From assembly GCA_963716205.1 (NCBI GenBank), contig OY970290.1:584823-648822 (forward strand): a DNA stretch of 64,000 bases, in the 5' to 3' direction. The stretch is from an uncultured bacterium (lineage in GTDB: Bacteria; Patescibacteriota; Minisyncoccia; Phycocordibacterales; GWA1-40-21). Every line of letters begins with the position of its first letter. The stretch's first letter is position 1. The translations under genes were made by a program, and so were the position numbers. Under the pieces are notes generated by a model. That model saw only the letters and a list, made by a program, of their open reading frames with translations. It searched no databases and had not been told where the DNA came from. This document shows positions 33,209 to 42,199 of this stretch, in pieces.

Positions 33209-33647
33209 TCCAGGTGCTAGATTCTGGGGAGTCTCTGTTTTTCACGGGAGAAACTTCAACATCTCCTTTATAAAGAAGCTTTCTACAAAAGCTTCTCCTA
33301 GAAACAGACTCTGCAAGACCAGGAGGTTATTTCTCACCCTTTGCAAGAAGTATGGTCCCGACATCCTCATCATTGAAAAACCCTATAAATTCTGGGAAAA
33401 GCAATCCCAATATCTAGGAAGGATCATTGGAGAGATAAAACGGCTTGCTAGGAAGGAGCGAATAAAAGTGATCGAGTATTCTCCTAGAACTGTCCGGAAA
33501 GTGGTCTGTAATGATAAAAATGCAACTAAAGAGGGTATAGATGATGCCGTCTGTAGGTTCTATCCAGAGTTAAAGACGTACCTAAATGAGAGCCGAAACT
33601 ACAATGACAAATATTGGGGTCGCATGAAAGTCTTGTGGAACAACTAA
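33180..33647 (+). CDS. RuvC-like Holliday junction resolvase fold protein, apparently C-terminally clipped
   Basis: LTIDPGAR.WG, PDILIIEKP, YSPRTVRKVV..NATKE; the final catalytic DA motif is absent. Confidence 0.7.
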   Translation: MNTLTLLTIDPGARFWGVSVFHGRNFNISFIKKLSTKASPRNRLCKTRRLFLTLCKKYGPDILIIEKPYKFWEKQSQYLGRIIGEIKRLARKERIKVIEYSPRTVRKVVCNDKNATKEGIDDAVCRFYPELKTYLNESRNYNDKYWGRMKVLWNN

Positions 33648-33994
33648 TGATTGAACAACGACTTGGCGAAGGTCAAGGCTTGGACGGGTGTTTAAATGTT
33701 TACAACAAACTAATAGATTTAGATGATTTATCAACAGCTTTAATTTTCGATTACATCATGGCCGACGAAGTTAATCACGTGGAACGTGGAAATTATTGGA
33801 TTAGATATCTGCTTAAAGGAAATGAGGTAGCAATACAATCCTTGGAAGCGCGAACACGTATAAAATTATTGAAATTGGGTTTGGATCTTTCCGTTCCAAT
33901 TCCAGTGAACGTTCGCGGGCGTCGTCTCGCCGGGTTCACTGATGAAGAAATCAGTAAATGCCAAACAGCGGAATTTGACACCCAACAATATTGA
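33626..33994 (+). pseudogene. ferritin-like diiron (DUF455-like) protein, N-truncated
   Basis: EGQGLD, DYIMADEVNHVERGNYW, RRLAGFTDEEI; start fused into the RuvC-like ORF. Confidence 0.65.
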
Positions 33995-34063
33995 CAAAAG
34001 ATCGAATTTAACAATAATACTTTTATTACTAATTATTTTAAAATAAACAGAAGGGGTAAAAAA

Positions 34064-34234
34064 ATGAAAGCTAAATCTTCCGCGGTGAAAAAAAAAGTTA
34101 ATCCTTCCAACTTAAAGTTCTTAACTCATGTTTCTAAATTGACGAAAGCATTACAGTCAAACAATCGTGAAGCAGAAAAAATAATTAAGCAATTAAAAGC
34201 CCTTCGTCCCTTCCCCATGCCAAGCACCTGGTAG
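34064..34234 (+). CDS. 56-aa basic peptide (not in ORF track)
   Basis: AAGGGG SD; MKAKSSAVKKKVNPSNLKFLTHVSKLTKALQSNNREAEKIIKQLKALRPFPMPSTW*. Confidence 0.55.
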   Translation: MKAKSSAVKKKVNPSNLKFLTHVSKLTKALQSNNREAEKIIKQLKALRPFPMPSTW

Positions 34235-34297
34235 TCAAGGACTGTTTGCCCCAGGACTTCGACAATAGGCCTTCCCAAAATTTTAGGTGGTGAACAA

Positions 34298-35026
34298 TTA
34301 TTCTTTTTCAAGAATAGCAACGTAGGAAGAACCTGCAGAAGTTAAAATATTTTTTATTTTCCAACCGGTTCCTTTCACAATATTTTTCATTTCGTTTTTT
34401 GAAACTAATAGGTAATTAAACCAATCACCGATATAGTTTTCGAATCGGACTCGTATTCGAAGTTGGCCTGCCATTCGTCCCCTCCTTTTGTTCAATTTAA
34501 GATATGACAAATGTGCGGAATTACTTGTTTTATATGGGTCATTGCTTTCAGCAATAATAAAAGCTTCTGGTTTAGTGATTTTATAAATGGCTTTTAATAA
34601 GGATTTAGCTTTTTTAAAACTCCCAAACAAACCAAAGTTGTTGCCGTACATGACAATCGTATCAAATGAATTTCTTTGGAGAGTATGAATCTTTTCAATT
34701 GGAAGAACCTGCGTTTTTGTTATGCCCCTTGCTTTGCATACTTTAATTGCGAGAGGTGAGTTATCTATCGCTGTGACATCGAGACCTTTTCTTTGAAGAT
34801 ATAGCGCAACTCTTCCCGCGCCGGTGCCCACATCAAGAATTCTTCCCTTGGCAAATACTATTGCTTTCTTCTGTTGAGTTGGCCAGTTTTTAAAATCTTG
34901 AAAATACGCTGGAGAACCCGTTGATAATCCAACATAACCATCATCTCGTTCGATGAGTTCGTAAGACTTTTTTCTTTTGAAATAAGCCCATATTTCTTGC
35001 CCATATGCATCTTTATCAAAATTCAT
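34298..35026 (-). CDS. class I SAM-dependent methyltransferase
   Basis: ILDVGTGAG motif I, AIDNS, FDTIVMYGNNFG. Confidence 0.9.
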   Translation of the reverse strand: MNFDKDAYGQEIWAYFKRKKSYELIERDDGYVGLSTGSPAYFQDFKNWPTQQKKAIVFAKGRILDVGTGAGRVALYLQRKGLDVTAIDNSPLAIKVCKARGITKTQVLPIEKIHTLQRNSFDTIVMYGNNFGLFGSFKKAKSLLKAIYKITKPEAFIIAESNDPYKTSNSAHLSYLKLNKRRGRMAGQLRIRVRFENYIGDWFNYLLVSKNEMKNIVKGTGWKIKNILTSAGSSYVAILEKE

Positions 35027-35367
35027 TATAAAAAAATATTATGAGGTCTGGTGTACTTGTTATTAAGCACCGCTCTCGTTAGCCGAATTGTACCTTTGTA
35101 ATGCCAGAATTGCAAATTCCTAACTGGTCACATTTAGTGCAATAATTATTATAAAAAAAACATCGGCATTCATTAAAATTGGGCAAAACAAGGTCCGTTC
35201 CAAAGTTATATATTTTTAAGTATTGTTCTTTCCATAATTTTTTTGTTTGAAACGAAACTAAATATTATGATGAAGTTCATTATGTAAAATAAAAAAGGAG
35301 GGCAATCTTATGGCAACTCTCAAAAAAGAAGTCATCGTTGGCTGTTATTGAAAATCCATCTTGAAAG

Positions 35368-35862
35368 GTGTCCGCCGTGAGAATCAAATATCTTGTTTTG
35401 GTTATTATTCTGTCAGTTTCAAACGCATTTGCTCAAGACGGTAATTCACAGGACGTTATTTATTTAAAAAATGGTCGCGTGGTAAAAGGAACGATTGTTG
35501 AAAAATCGCCCGGAGGGAAACTTACAATTCGGACTTGGAGTGGATACAAGTTCACTTATAAAAAATCGGAGATTAGTAAGATTGAAAAAGAAGAAACAGG
35601 GAAGGATGAAGAGCAGGCAGATCAAAACGAGTCAAAGCCAACCACTAAAAATCGGGGCCATGTAATCGATAATTTATACGGCGATTCAAAGTATTTTATC
35701 CAGGTTTCCCGGCACATTCAGAAATTCAGTTACTTGACTCCACCACCACCTACTCCCGTACCGCCGGTGTCACCGATTTGTTTCGATTTGGAGATAACAA
35801 TTCCCTTGGAGTTAAACTTTATTGTCGCGGATTGGGTATCTACTCCTGACCCGATGCCATAA
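35368..35862 (+). pseudogene. secreted protein, probably 3'-truncated
   Basis: Signal ending NAFAQ, DVIYLKNGRVVKGTIVE domain; tail is antisense read-through of the next gene. Confidence 0.55.
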
Positions 35863-36098
35863 ATTCCACTAGAAACCTTCGTAAATGAATAAATGAAACT
35901 CGATGTTCCATCTTCATTTTCCAATTCTTGATTGGGTGAACCGAGTAGCTCCACTACATCTTCCTTAGTACTTACACCTTTTTTGATTTGTGAATACGCA
36001 CTTTGGTCGATCTGATGGCCCAAAGTAGTTACGCACCCCGTTATAAGACTGCTTGCAAAAGAAAAAATTAGCGAACACAGAATAAATCTCCGTAACAT
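35730..36098 (-). CDS. BamE/SmpA-like lipoprotein
   Basis: Lipobox ITGC; IKKGVSTKEDVVELLGSP; AGGAG SD. Confidence 0.75.
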   Translation of the reverse strand: MLRRFILCSLIFSFASSLITGCVTTLGHQIDQSAYSQIKKGVSTKEDVVELLGSPNQELENEDGTSSFIYSFTKVSSGIYGIGSGVDTQSATIKFNSKGIVISKSKQIGDTGGTGVGGGGVK

Positions 36099-36132
36099 TA
36101 TTCGTCTCCTTTTCGAAGTTATATAAACCAAA

Positions 36133-36225
36133 GTTCTCAATTAAGAACCTTCAAGGACAAAAAGGGGCCTAAATATGTTCTTTTTTGAGAACCTTAATAT
36201 AGCAATAAAGTTCTTAGTTGAGAAC
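36133..36225. promoter_or_regulatory. three GTTC-N8-GAAC palindromic operator-like sites
   Basis: 36133-36148, 36177-36192 and 36210-36225, between the divergent lipoprotein and HTH genes. Confidence 0.7.
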
Positions 36226-36258
36226 GTTTATTTTCGTATTGATTTTAATAATGGGGGC

Positions 36259-36465
36259 ATGTCAATACATGCGAAACGAGTCTCGAAAAACCTGAGGAAA
36301 ATGATTGTTGATAGTGGTATGAGCGCAGAAAAAATTGCTCAAGGGGCAGGCATTTCTAAATCACAGATTTCCTACTACTTGAATAGCACTCGAACACCTA
36401 CCATTCAAACCTTAGAGAAAATATCGGATTTCCTGAAGCGGGATTTTCAGGATTTTTTCAGATAA
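36259..36465 (+). CDS. XRE-family HTH regulator
   Basis: GMSAEKIAQGAGISKSQISYYLNSTRTPTIQTLEKIS. Confidence 0.85.
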   Translation: MSIHAKRVSKNLRKMIVDSGMSAEKIAQGAGISKSQISYYLNSTRTPTIQTLEKISDFLKRDFQDFFR

Positions 36466-36472
36466 TAGAAGT

Positions 36473-37429
36473 TCAGTGTTTCGAATATGGCCCTAAGAAT
36501 CGGGTTCCATTGAAGTGAATCATGTGGGAAGGATTTTCCGCAACCCATACTTCGGTTTCCCACGCAATCACGGAGAGGTATTTCGTCATTATTGATTTCG
36601 TCGGGAACGCAGTCACAAACACGAGTCCTGCCGTGCAGCCTGAAAACATTTTCTTGAGTTCTTCATGCCGCTTGGCATCCATCGGTCCATGACTTGTTAC
36701 CGACTCCACGAGGACCAGCCAGTTTTTATCAGGATAATAAATTACAACATCAGGCATTTTCCCGTGGGAATCAACAGTAACACCGAGCTTCGCCAATGAC
36801 TTTTCATCAAAAGATGCCCACTTCTTACCAGTATCACCCACATAGACAACTTGAGCGCCGGGGACGAAACGAGAACCAAACTCTTCCACGATAGCCTTGA
36901 TAAGCTGGCTATGTTCCCCAGGACTTAGTTTGATCTCATTACCAGGAGTAATCTTTAAGGCTACTTGTTTCAAATCACGTTCTGCCGCATATTTTTTCGC
37001 CAACTCTGTTTTTATCAAAAGGTATTCTTTAACCTTTTTACTCCACCGCGAAGTGCCGTAACTTTTTACTAACTCAAACGCTTCCGGGGAAATCTGATAT
37101 ACCGCTTTGGGGCTATTTACCGAACGTTCAGGTTCATCGGGGTTATACATAGCAAGTCCAGCTTGGACAAATTGATGGATAGTAAAACGACGAAATGTCT
37201 CTCTGCTGTTGGGAGCATATTTTTTTCCATATGCCTTCAAACTAAAGTCCATCATGGGCGTAATGCCCATGAGTGGCGTAGATGCGTCCTTCCACTCCGT
37301 AGTTTTCTTTAGATTGAGCAAAGCCAAAAGGCAAAGTGCCGACCGCTCATTTATCTGTTCTTTCGGCATTCCAACTTCAGTGAGGATCTTTAACGCATCT
37401 TCGATATGTTCGTGTTGTTTTTTGTTCAT
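36473..37429 (-). CDS. BsuBI/PstI-family type II restriction endonuclease
   Basis: YAPNSRETFRR, HGKMPDVV, VESVTSHGP, IAWETEVW, HFNG. Confidence 0.93.
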   Translation of the reverse strand: MNKKQHEHIEDALKILTEVGMPKEQINERSALCLLALLNLKKTTEWKDASTPLMGITPMMDFSLKAYGKKYAPNSRETFRRFTIHQFVQAGLAMYNPDEPERSVNSPKAVYQISPEAFELVKSYGTSRWSKKVKEYLLIKTELAKKYAAERDLKQVALKITPGNEIKLSPGEHSQLIKAIVEEFGSRFVPGAQVVYVGDTGKKWASFDEKSLAKLGVTVDSHGKMPDVVIYYPDKNWLVLVESVTSHGPMDAKRHEELKKMFSGCTAGLVFVTAFPTKSIMTKYLSVIAWETEVWVAENPSHMIHFNGTRFLGPYSKH

Positions 37430-38904
37430 TGGATTGATTTTACCATTTTATCAACATCTCCCTGATTAGCAGTTCTATTCGATTTTGCCATTTTGCCGAG
37501 AACTCTGAGCGCTTCAATCGGTGGATATTTCAAAGAGCGAAGATCGGTCGCATTTACTTGCGTATGTCCGTTGAATTCCCTGAAATATTTGTCAACACCA
37601 GATGAGTTCAAATACATCGTTAGACCCCGCGCTACATTTTCTTCAAGGCCTGTTTTCTTAATGTGAAAAACATTTAGATGGTTTTCAAAACCAAGTCTTT
37701 TGGCTTTAATTTCTTTGGGCGAAAGAAGAGCTGCGCTTATACGCTTTTTCTCCTCTTTGGAAGAAAACCTTTTTACCAAAACATAAAACCCTTTTGGAAA
37801 AAGCATTTTTTTCGTTTCATCGTCTAGTGAGATGGCATTAGATTTTCGGATCTCTTTTTTGGGCCATTTCACTGAGTTACCATCAAAGTGCGCTGGATAC
37901 AATAGTGGAGCATCACCTTTTAAAGGCATTTTGTGAAGATTGTCTTTTATACGAAAATCAACCACCGGCCCCGTCGATACTTCTATACCAATTTCTTTGA
38001 GACTACATTTGTCAGTATTCGAGTTTTCCAATGAATTCTTTTTGATTTCAGTAGGAATATGGATGAACGATTCCTCATCCAACGGATTAAGGATTTGTCC
38101 AATATCACATTTGAATTGTTTCAAGTCTGAAAATGAAGAGTCGGAAGATATTGAAATTAAAACTTCTTTTGAAATCCGTCCTTTAACCAAATGGAAAATA
38201 ACGTTTTCTTGAAGAACTCCGTCATCCTTGAATGCCCGTTTCCTTGAATCAAATAAATGAATAGTTTTAATCGCCGTTTTCTTAAGTAAAGATTTTCGAA
38301 ACGATCTGTAGTAAGGGCCGTTGCAAAAACTTCGAGGAATGATAACTACTAATTCGCCACCTTTCGCCATTTTATTTACTGCCACTTCTACGAAGGCAGA
38401 ATAAAGATTCACTGTCTCTATTCCCATTGTTCGAAGCATTTCTCTATGTTCAGAATCACTGTGAATTTTCTTGTAAGGAGGGTTTAGGATCGCATGAGTA
38501 TAGTTTGGTGATTCTGATTTCCATGAATTTCTTACCGCATCAACAATGAAATCATCGTTGTAAATTCGATATTCAAAACGACCATTGGATTTGTTCTTTT
38601 GAAAACTGTTAAAATTATTTTTGAGATACGCCGCTAAGTCGTTGTCTATTTCAAATGCATCAACATATATTTTGGGCTTTAGTCTCTTAAGAGAACTCCA
38701 TCTTTCAAGAAAAGCGAATGTTAAGGAACCGATACCTGCACCCGCATCAAGTAATTTGATTTCCCTATTGGTAAACTTGGAAAAAAGTGACGCCATGAAT
38801 GCGCCCACAGGAGCAGGTGTCATAAACTGACCAAGTGCCGACTTTACCACCGGGTCAAGTGCCTTAGAAACCTCTTGCCTTTTTTGGTCAACTATTTGGA
38901 GCAT
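37426..38904 (-). CDS. BsuBI/PstI-type N6-adenine DNA methyltransferase
   Basis: LGQFMTP, LDAGAGIG, ILNPPY, PRSFCNGPYY, FNGHTQVNATDL; overlaps the REase start. Confidence 0.93.
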   Translation of the reverse strand: MLQIVDQKRQEVSKALDPVVKSALGQFMTPAPVGAFMASLFSKFTNREIKLLDAGAGIGSLTFAFLERWSSLKRLKPKIYVDAFEIDNDLAAYLKNNFNSFQKNKSNGRFEYRIYNDDFIVDAVRNSWKSESPNYTHAILNPPYKKIHSDSEHREMLRTMGIETVNLYSAFVEVAVNKMAKGGELVVIIPRSFCNGPYYRSFRKSLLKKTAIKTIHLFDSRKRAFKDDGVLQENVIFHLVKGRISKEVLISISSDSSFSDLKQFKCDIGQILNPLDEESFIHIPTEIKKNSLENSNTDKCSLKEIGIEVSTGPVVDFRIKDNLHKMPLKGDAPLLYPAHFDGNSVKWPKKEIRKSNAISLDDETKKMLFPKGFYVLVKRFSSKEEKKRISAALLSPKEIKAKRLGFENHLNVFHIKKTGLEENVARGLTMYLNSSGVDKYFREFNGHTQVNATDLRSLKYPPIEALRVLGKMAKSNRTANQGDVDKMVKSIQ

Positions 38905-39114
38905 TTGTTCTCATTTTTCTTAATTCTAATAATCATTACTTTATGCAGTTACCACAAGCGCAGATTAAGTATACATCTGTTTACCAAAATTCAAAATCTC
39001 ATTTCCAGAAGACTGACTCGATAATCCGACTTCAAAAACTCTTTGAATTCTTTCATCTCTCCTAGCCCTTTATTTTAGGTAATATACAATATAAGTTATG
39101 GCAGACTATCGAAT

Positions 39115-39660
39115 ATGACGATTCCAAATTACATCACGCCAATCACGAAGATCCACTCTACTTTCAAAGAAGCCAAAGGTTTTTTTGATACGTATGGGGG
39201 TATATCGATCTTTGATGACGAGCCGAGACTCGATGTTGTAGCTCTCACGCAAGGAAAGCGCAATCTCGTGGTAGGCGAGCCCGGTGTCGGTAAAAGCCTG
39301 TTGCTTCAGGTCGTCAAAGAACATCTTGATCAAGAGAAATATGCCACTGCCATCATTAGCCTTCGTGATCCAGATGCAATTAAACAAATAGACGAATTTT
39401 TGAATTCTCCTTTCCAAACCCAAAAAACCTTACTACTTGATGCACTCGATGAAGTTAAGGCGAACTTATTTCCATCGCTACTCCAAAAAATCGAAGACAT
39501 TTCTGCTAAATATCCGGACATTTCGATTTTTCTCTCCTGTAGGTGGGTATTCATCAGTCGATATACAAATTCATTTCCCGCATTTCGCTTCATCACAATT
39601 TCTCCTTTTACCCGCAGACAAGTAAAAATGTATCTCATTGGGTCTCCAATTTTTTGGTGA
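39115..39660 (+). pseudogene. NACHT/STAND-like NTPase, N-terminal fragment
   Basis: Walker A GEPGVGKS, Walker B LLLDALDE, SCR; ends prematurely. Confidence 0.7.
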
Positions 39661-40627
39661 TCCAACAGTCATTGACGAATTGCCCGATCTCACTAATTCG
39701 GAAGAACTGATACTCACAAGCCAATATAAGCGGTGGGAAGAAGAACAATCCAAAACTGCATCAAATAACACGGAAGAAACTGCTGAAGAGCTTTTGAAAG
39801 AATTTCGTACTTTACTTGAACCCGAACCGGGAAAATTTAAAACTAATGTGTTTCAATTCTACAATAGACATTCGAATGAAATTACTTCACGACTTACAGA
39901 TAATGATCGCGAGCGAATTATAAATCTTCTTTCAAATACAGTTTTTAAATTCATGGACCCAGGCCAATACGGTATCACAATCACTTCAGAAAAAAACGGT
40001 TCACACACTTTCACCGTAGCTGACACGATACATATTTTTGGTGATGCAATCGTGACCGCGGAACACATCGGAATGAACATAACTCCCTTTCGACAACAAA
40101 TTCTCAATTTCATACCGTTTACATTTGGAGATAATCTGACCACCATCTTTAATTTGGTGAAAAACATTCGGCCCGAAGAAATGACACCCATTATTGAAGT
40201 TTATCGAAAACGTCATTCAGATTTGTGGCGGCATAACCCCCATAGTTTTGTTAAAGCTGTGGAGCAGTATCACATCTCAGAAGCCATACCTGTTTTGAAA
40301 ACCTTGATATTTGAATCAAAATGGGAAATGCAAGTTAGAAATGCCGCCTTACCAGTGATCGATTCCCTTGCACCAGATATAGATTTTCTTAGACAAGTCG
40401 TCGCAAGGTACAAAGATAGTACAGATAACGAAGAGAAAAAATTAGCAGACATCGCGAATGGTTTGCTCATTACTAACTATGCTGATGCTGACGCAGTGCA
40501 TTGGCGTTTAAAAAAAATCGTTGAGCGAGCAGCCGCCTTCATTAAGCCGAGAGGACCGCACGCGCATATGGTAGGCGGCTTGGAGGAAGAAATTTCATTT
40601 GGAAAGACATTTGCAAAACCGTTATAG
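39638..40627 (+). pseudogene. internal fragment of a large helical protein (probably the same gene as the NTPase)
   Basis: 329-aa open frame without a clear start, HEAT-like segment; overlaps the NTPase fragment end. Confidence 0.5.
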
Positions 40628-40749
40628 ATAATGCTGGAGCTAAAAACATGATCGGCATCAAAGAAGCTTTCCAAAACATAAAAGGTGTATGGGTTTTGTC
40701 GTTTAACTGCCACGATAGTGTGACAGCCCAAAAGAAGAAAAAGGTCCTA

Positions 40750-40785
40750 AAAACAAAAAAACGAGCTGACCATACCGGTCAGCGT
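40750..40785 (-). terminator. intrinsic terminator after the RT-fusion ORF
   Basis: Reverse strand GCTGACC-GGTAT-GGTCAGC then T-rich. Confidence 0.65.
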
Positions 40786-40815
40786 AGAAAGAAGTAGCAT
40801 ATTCGAGTGTAGATA

Positions 40816-41325
40816 CTATCTTTCGTCCACTACTCGAAATTTTCTAGGTATATCAGATGGTCGTGCATATCGTTCGGAACGTGGACCATTTACGGTTTCA
40901 TCTAACGCCTTTGCGCCAGGTCTCGTTCCCCGTCTTTCAAGAGCGTTAATCTTTTTCGCTTGTTCCCTAATCCTGACGAACGAAAGATTTATCTCGATGT
41001 GCGTGCCTTTGTCATTCCTGCATGAATAGGAATCATAGATAAATTTCTTGTCAAAATACGGATATAAAATACGATAAATCACATGATGCAGAAGTCTGTC
41101 TCGCACGACCGCCTTGTGTATGCTTCTCGGTTTCGGATCGTTGATAGCAAATGCTTTATAGCCGGAATGAACGTATGTTTTGTTTTTCAAATCATCATGC
41201 AGACTTGCAATATTTTTTGAGAGTTGAAGCGCATATTCTGCCACATCATTTTTATATCGTTTGTCAGAAACAAATTCCCGCCATGCTTGGTGAATATTTG
41301 TCAGAGATATGATAGTATCGTACAT
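40816..41325 (-). pseudogene. DGR reverse transcriptase, truncated after ~109 aa and fused to an unrelated 60-aa tail
   Basis: IISLTNIHQAW, DPKPRSIHKAVVRDRLLHH, FIYDSYSCRNDKGTH; no YxDD in any frame downstream. Confidence 0.9.
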
Positions 41326-41360
41326 GTTGGAAAAAATACTATACCACAAAAATACCATGA

Positions 41361-41732
41361 ATGTTGCCCCCCCCCCGCAAATCGCCAGTTGTCGTTGCAA
41401 AAGAAAAAGAAGCGTATCAATTTTGGCTTAGTCTCCACAGAAATTTTCCCAAGTCTGAACGCTTTGGTATCGGACAGAAAATAGAAAATACGTTTTTAGA
41501 CATTTTAGAATATAGCTTTGCATCAGTGTATCTGTCGCCGGAACCGAAAATTATCTTGCTCACAAAGACAATATCAAAACTAGATACCTTGAAATTCTTT
41601 GTTCAGCTTGCTTGGGAAAGTAAACTGATACCGGAAGAAAAATACATTGAATTTTCTGAAAAATTAGAGGAAATTGGAAAAATGCTCGGCGGATGGAAAC
41701 GCGGATTGCAACAAAAAACTCCCGCCAAATAG
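41361..41732 (+). CDS. avd: DGR accessory variability determinant (four-helix bundle)
   Basis: FPKSERFGIGQKIE, LEEIGKMLGGW; lies between TR and RT. Confidence 0.9.
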   Translation: MLPPPRKSPVVVAKEKEAYQFWLSLHRNFPKSERFGIGQKIENTFLDILEYSFASVYLSPEPKIILLTKTISKLDTLKFFVQLAWESKLIPEEKYIEFSEKLEEIGKMLGGWKRGLQQKTPAK

Positions 41733-41749
41733 ACGGGAGAAAATGAATG

Positions 41750-41865
41750 AGTTTCGGAACCACGATCCGATGCCTGTTCTCGGCATTCCAGACGTTGTCG
41801 TTCGACAAACGATTGACGTTCACGTTGAGCCCATCGGAGTTCACGTTCACGTTCGCCACGAAATT
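41750..41865 (-). repeat. DGR template repeat (TR)
   Basis: 116-nt ungapped match to 42204-42319; AAC-rich, reads NFVANVNVNSDGLNVNVNRLSNDNVWNAENRHRIVVPK. Confidence 0.95.
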
Positions 41866-42123
41866 TTGTGCAATGTTCCTCCTATTCCACCATCCGCCAA
41901 ACCATGACAGATTGTATCTTATGCGGGACCTCAAAGTCCTCTGAAATATTGCACCAACTTTATTTATTTTTATAAGATATCCGTATCATCCACTCTTTTA
42001 CAAGACGTATCCGGTAAAATTCTCAAACGATACAGACATGCAATTGCAGTCTCAAGCCGTAGCCGGAGACATCTAGAATTGCTTTTTCATTATATATGAA
42101 AAATAAAAAATTAAAATAAAAAA

Positions 42124-42182
42124 CCCCTCGATCCTGCTTGCGCAAAATCGAAGGGTCAAAGTGTCCAAGTCCCAAAGGGACA
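42124..42182 (-). promoter_or_regulatory. stem-loops downstream of VR (candidate homing hairpin and terminator)
   Basis: GTCCC-TTT-GGGAC at 42169-42181; CCCTTCGAT...ATCGAGGGG plus T-run at ~42115-42156. Confidence 0.55.
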
Positions 42183-42199
42183 AGAACGAAGTGTTGAAG

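Noticed and set aside
36473-38904. Avoidance of CTGCAG as evidence of long-term R-M residence
   Set aside because: CTGCAG occurs repeatedly (e.g. near 1333, 1753, 21220, 25884, 27243); no depletion is evident and the specificity is only inferred from the family
40816-41325. Retron or group II intron interpretation of the RT
   Set aside because: Adjacent avd and an adenine-biased TR/VR pair identify it as DGR-type; no intron or msr-msd features seen
41560-41934. 124-aa Asn-rich ORF on the minus strand
   Set aside because: It is the TR read in the VR frame plus avd antisense; TRs act as RNA templates and there is no independent evidence of translation
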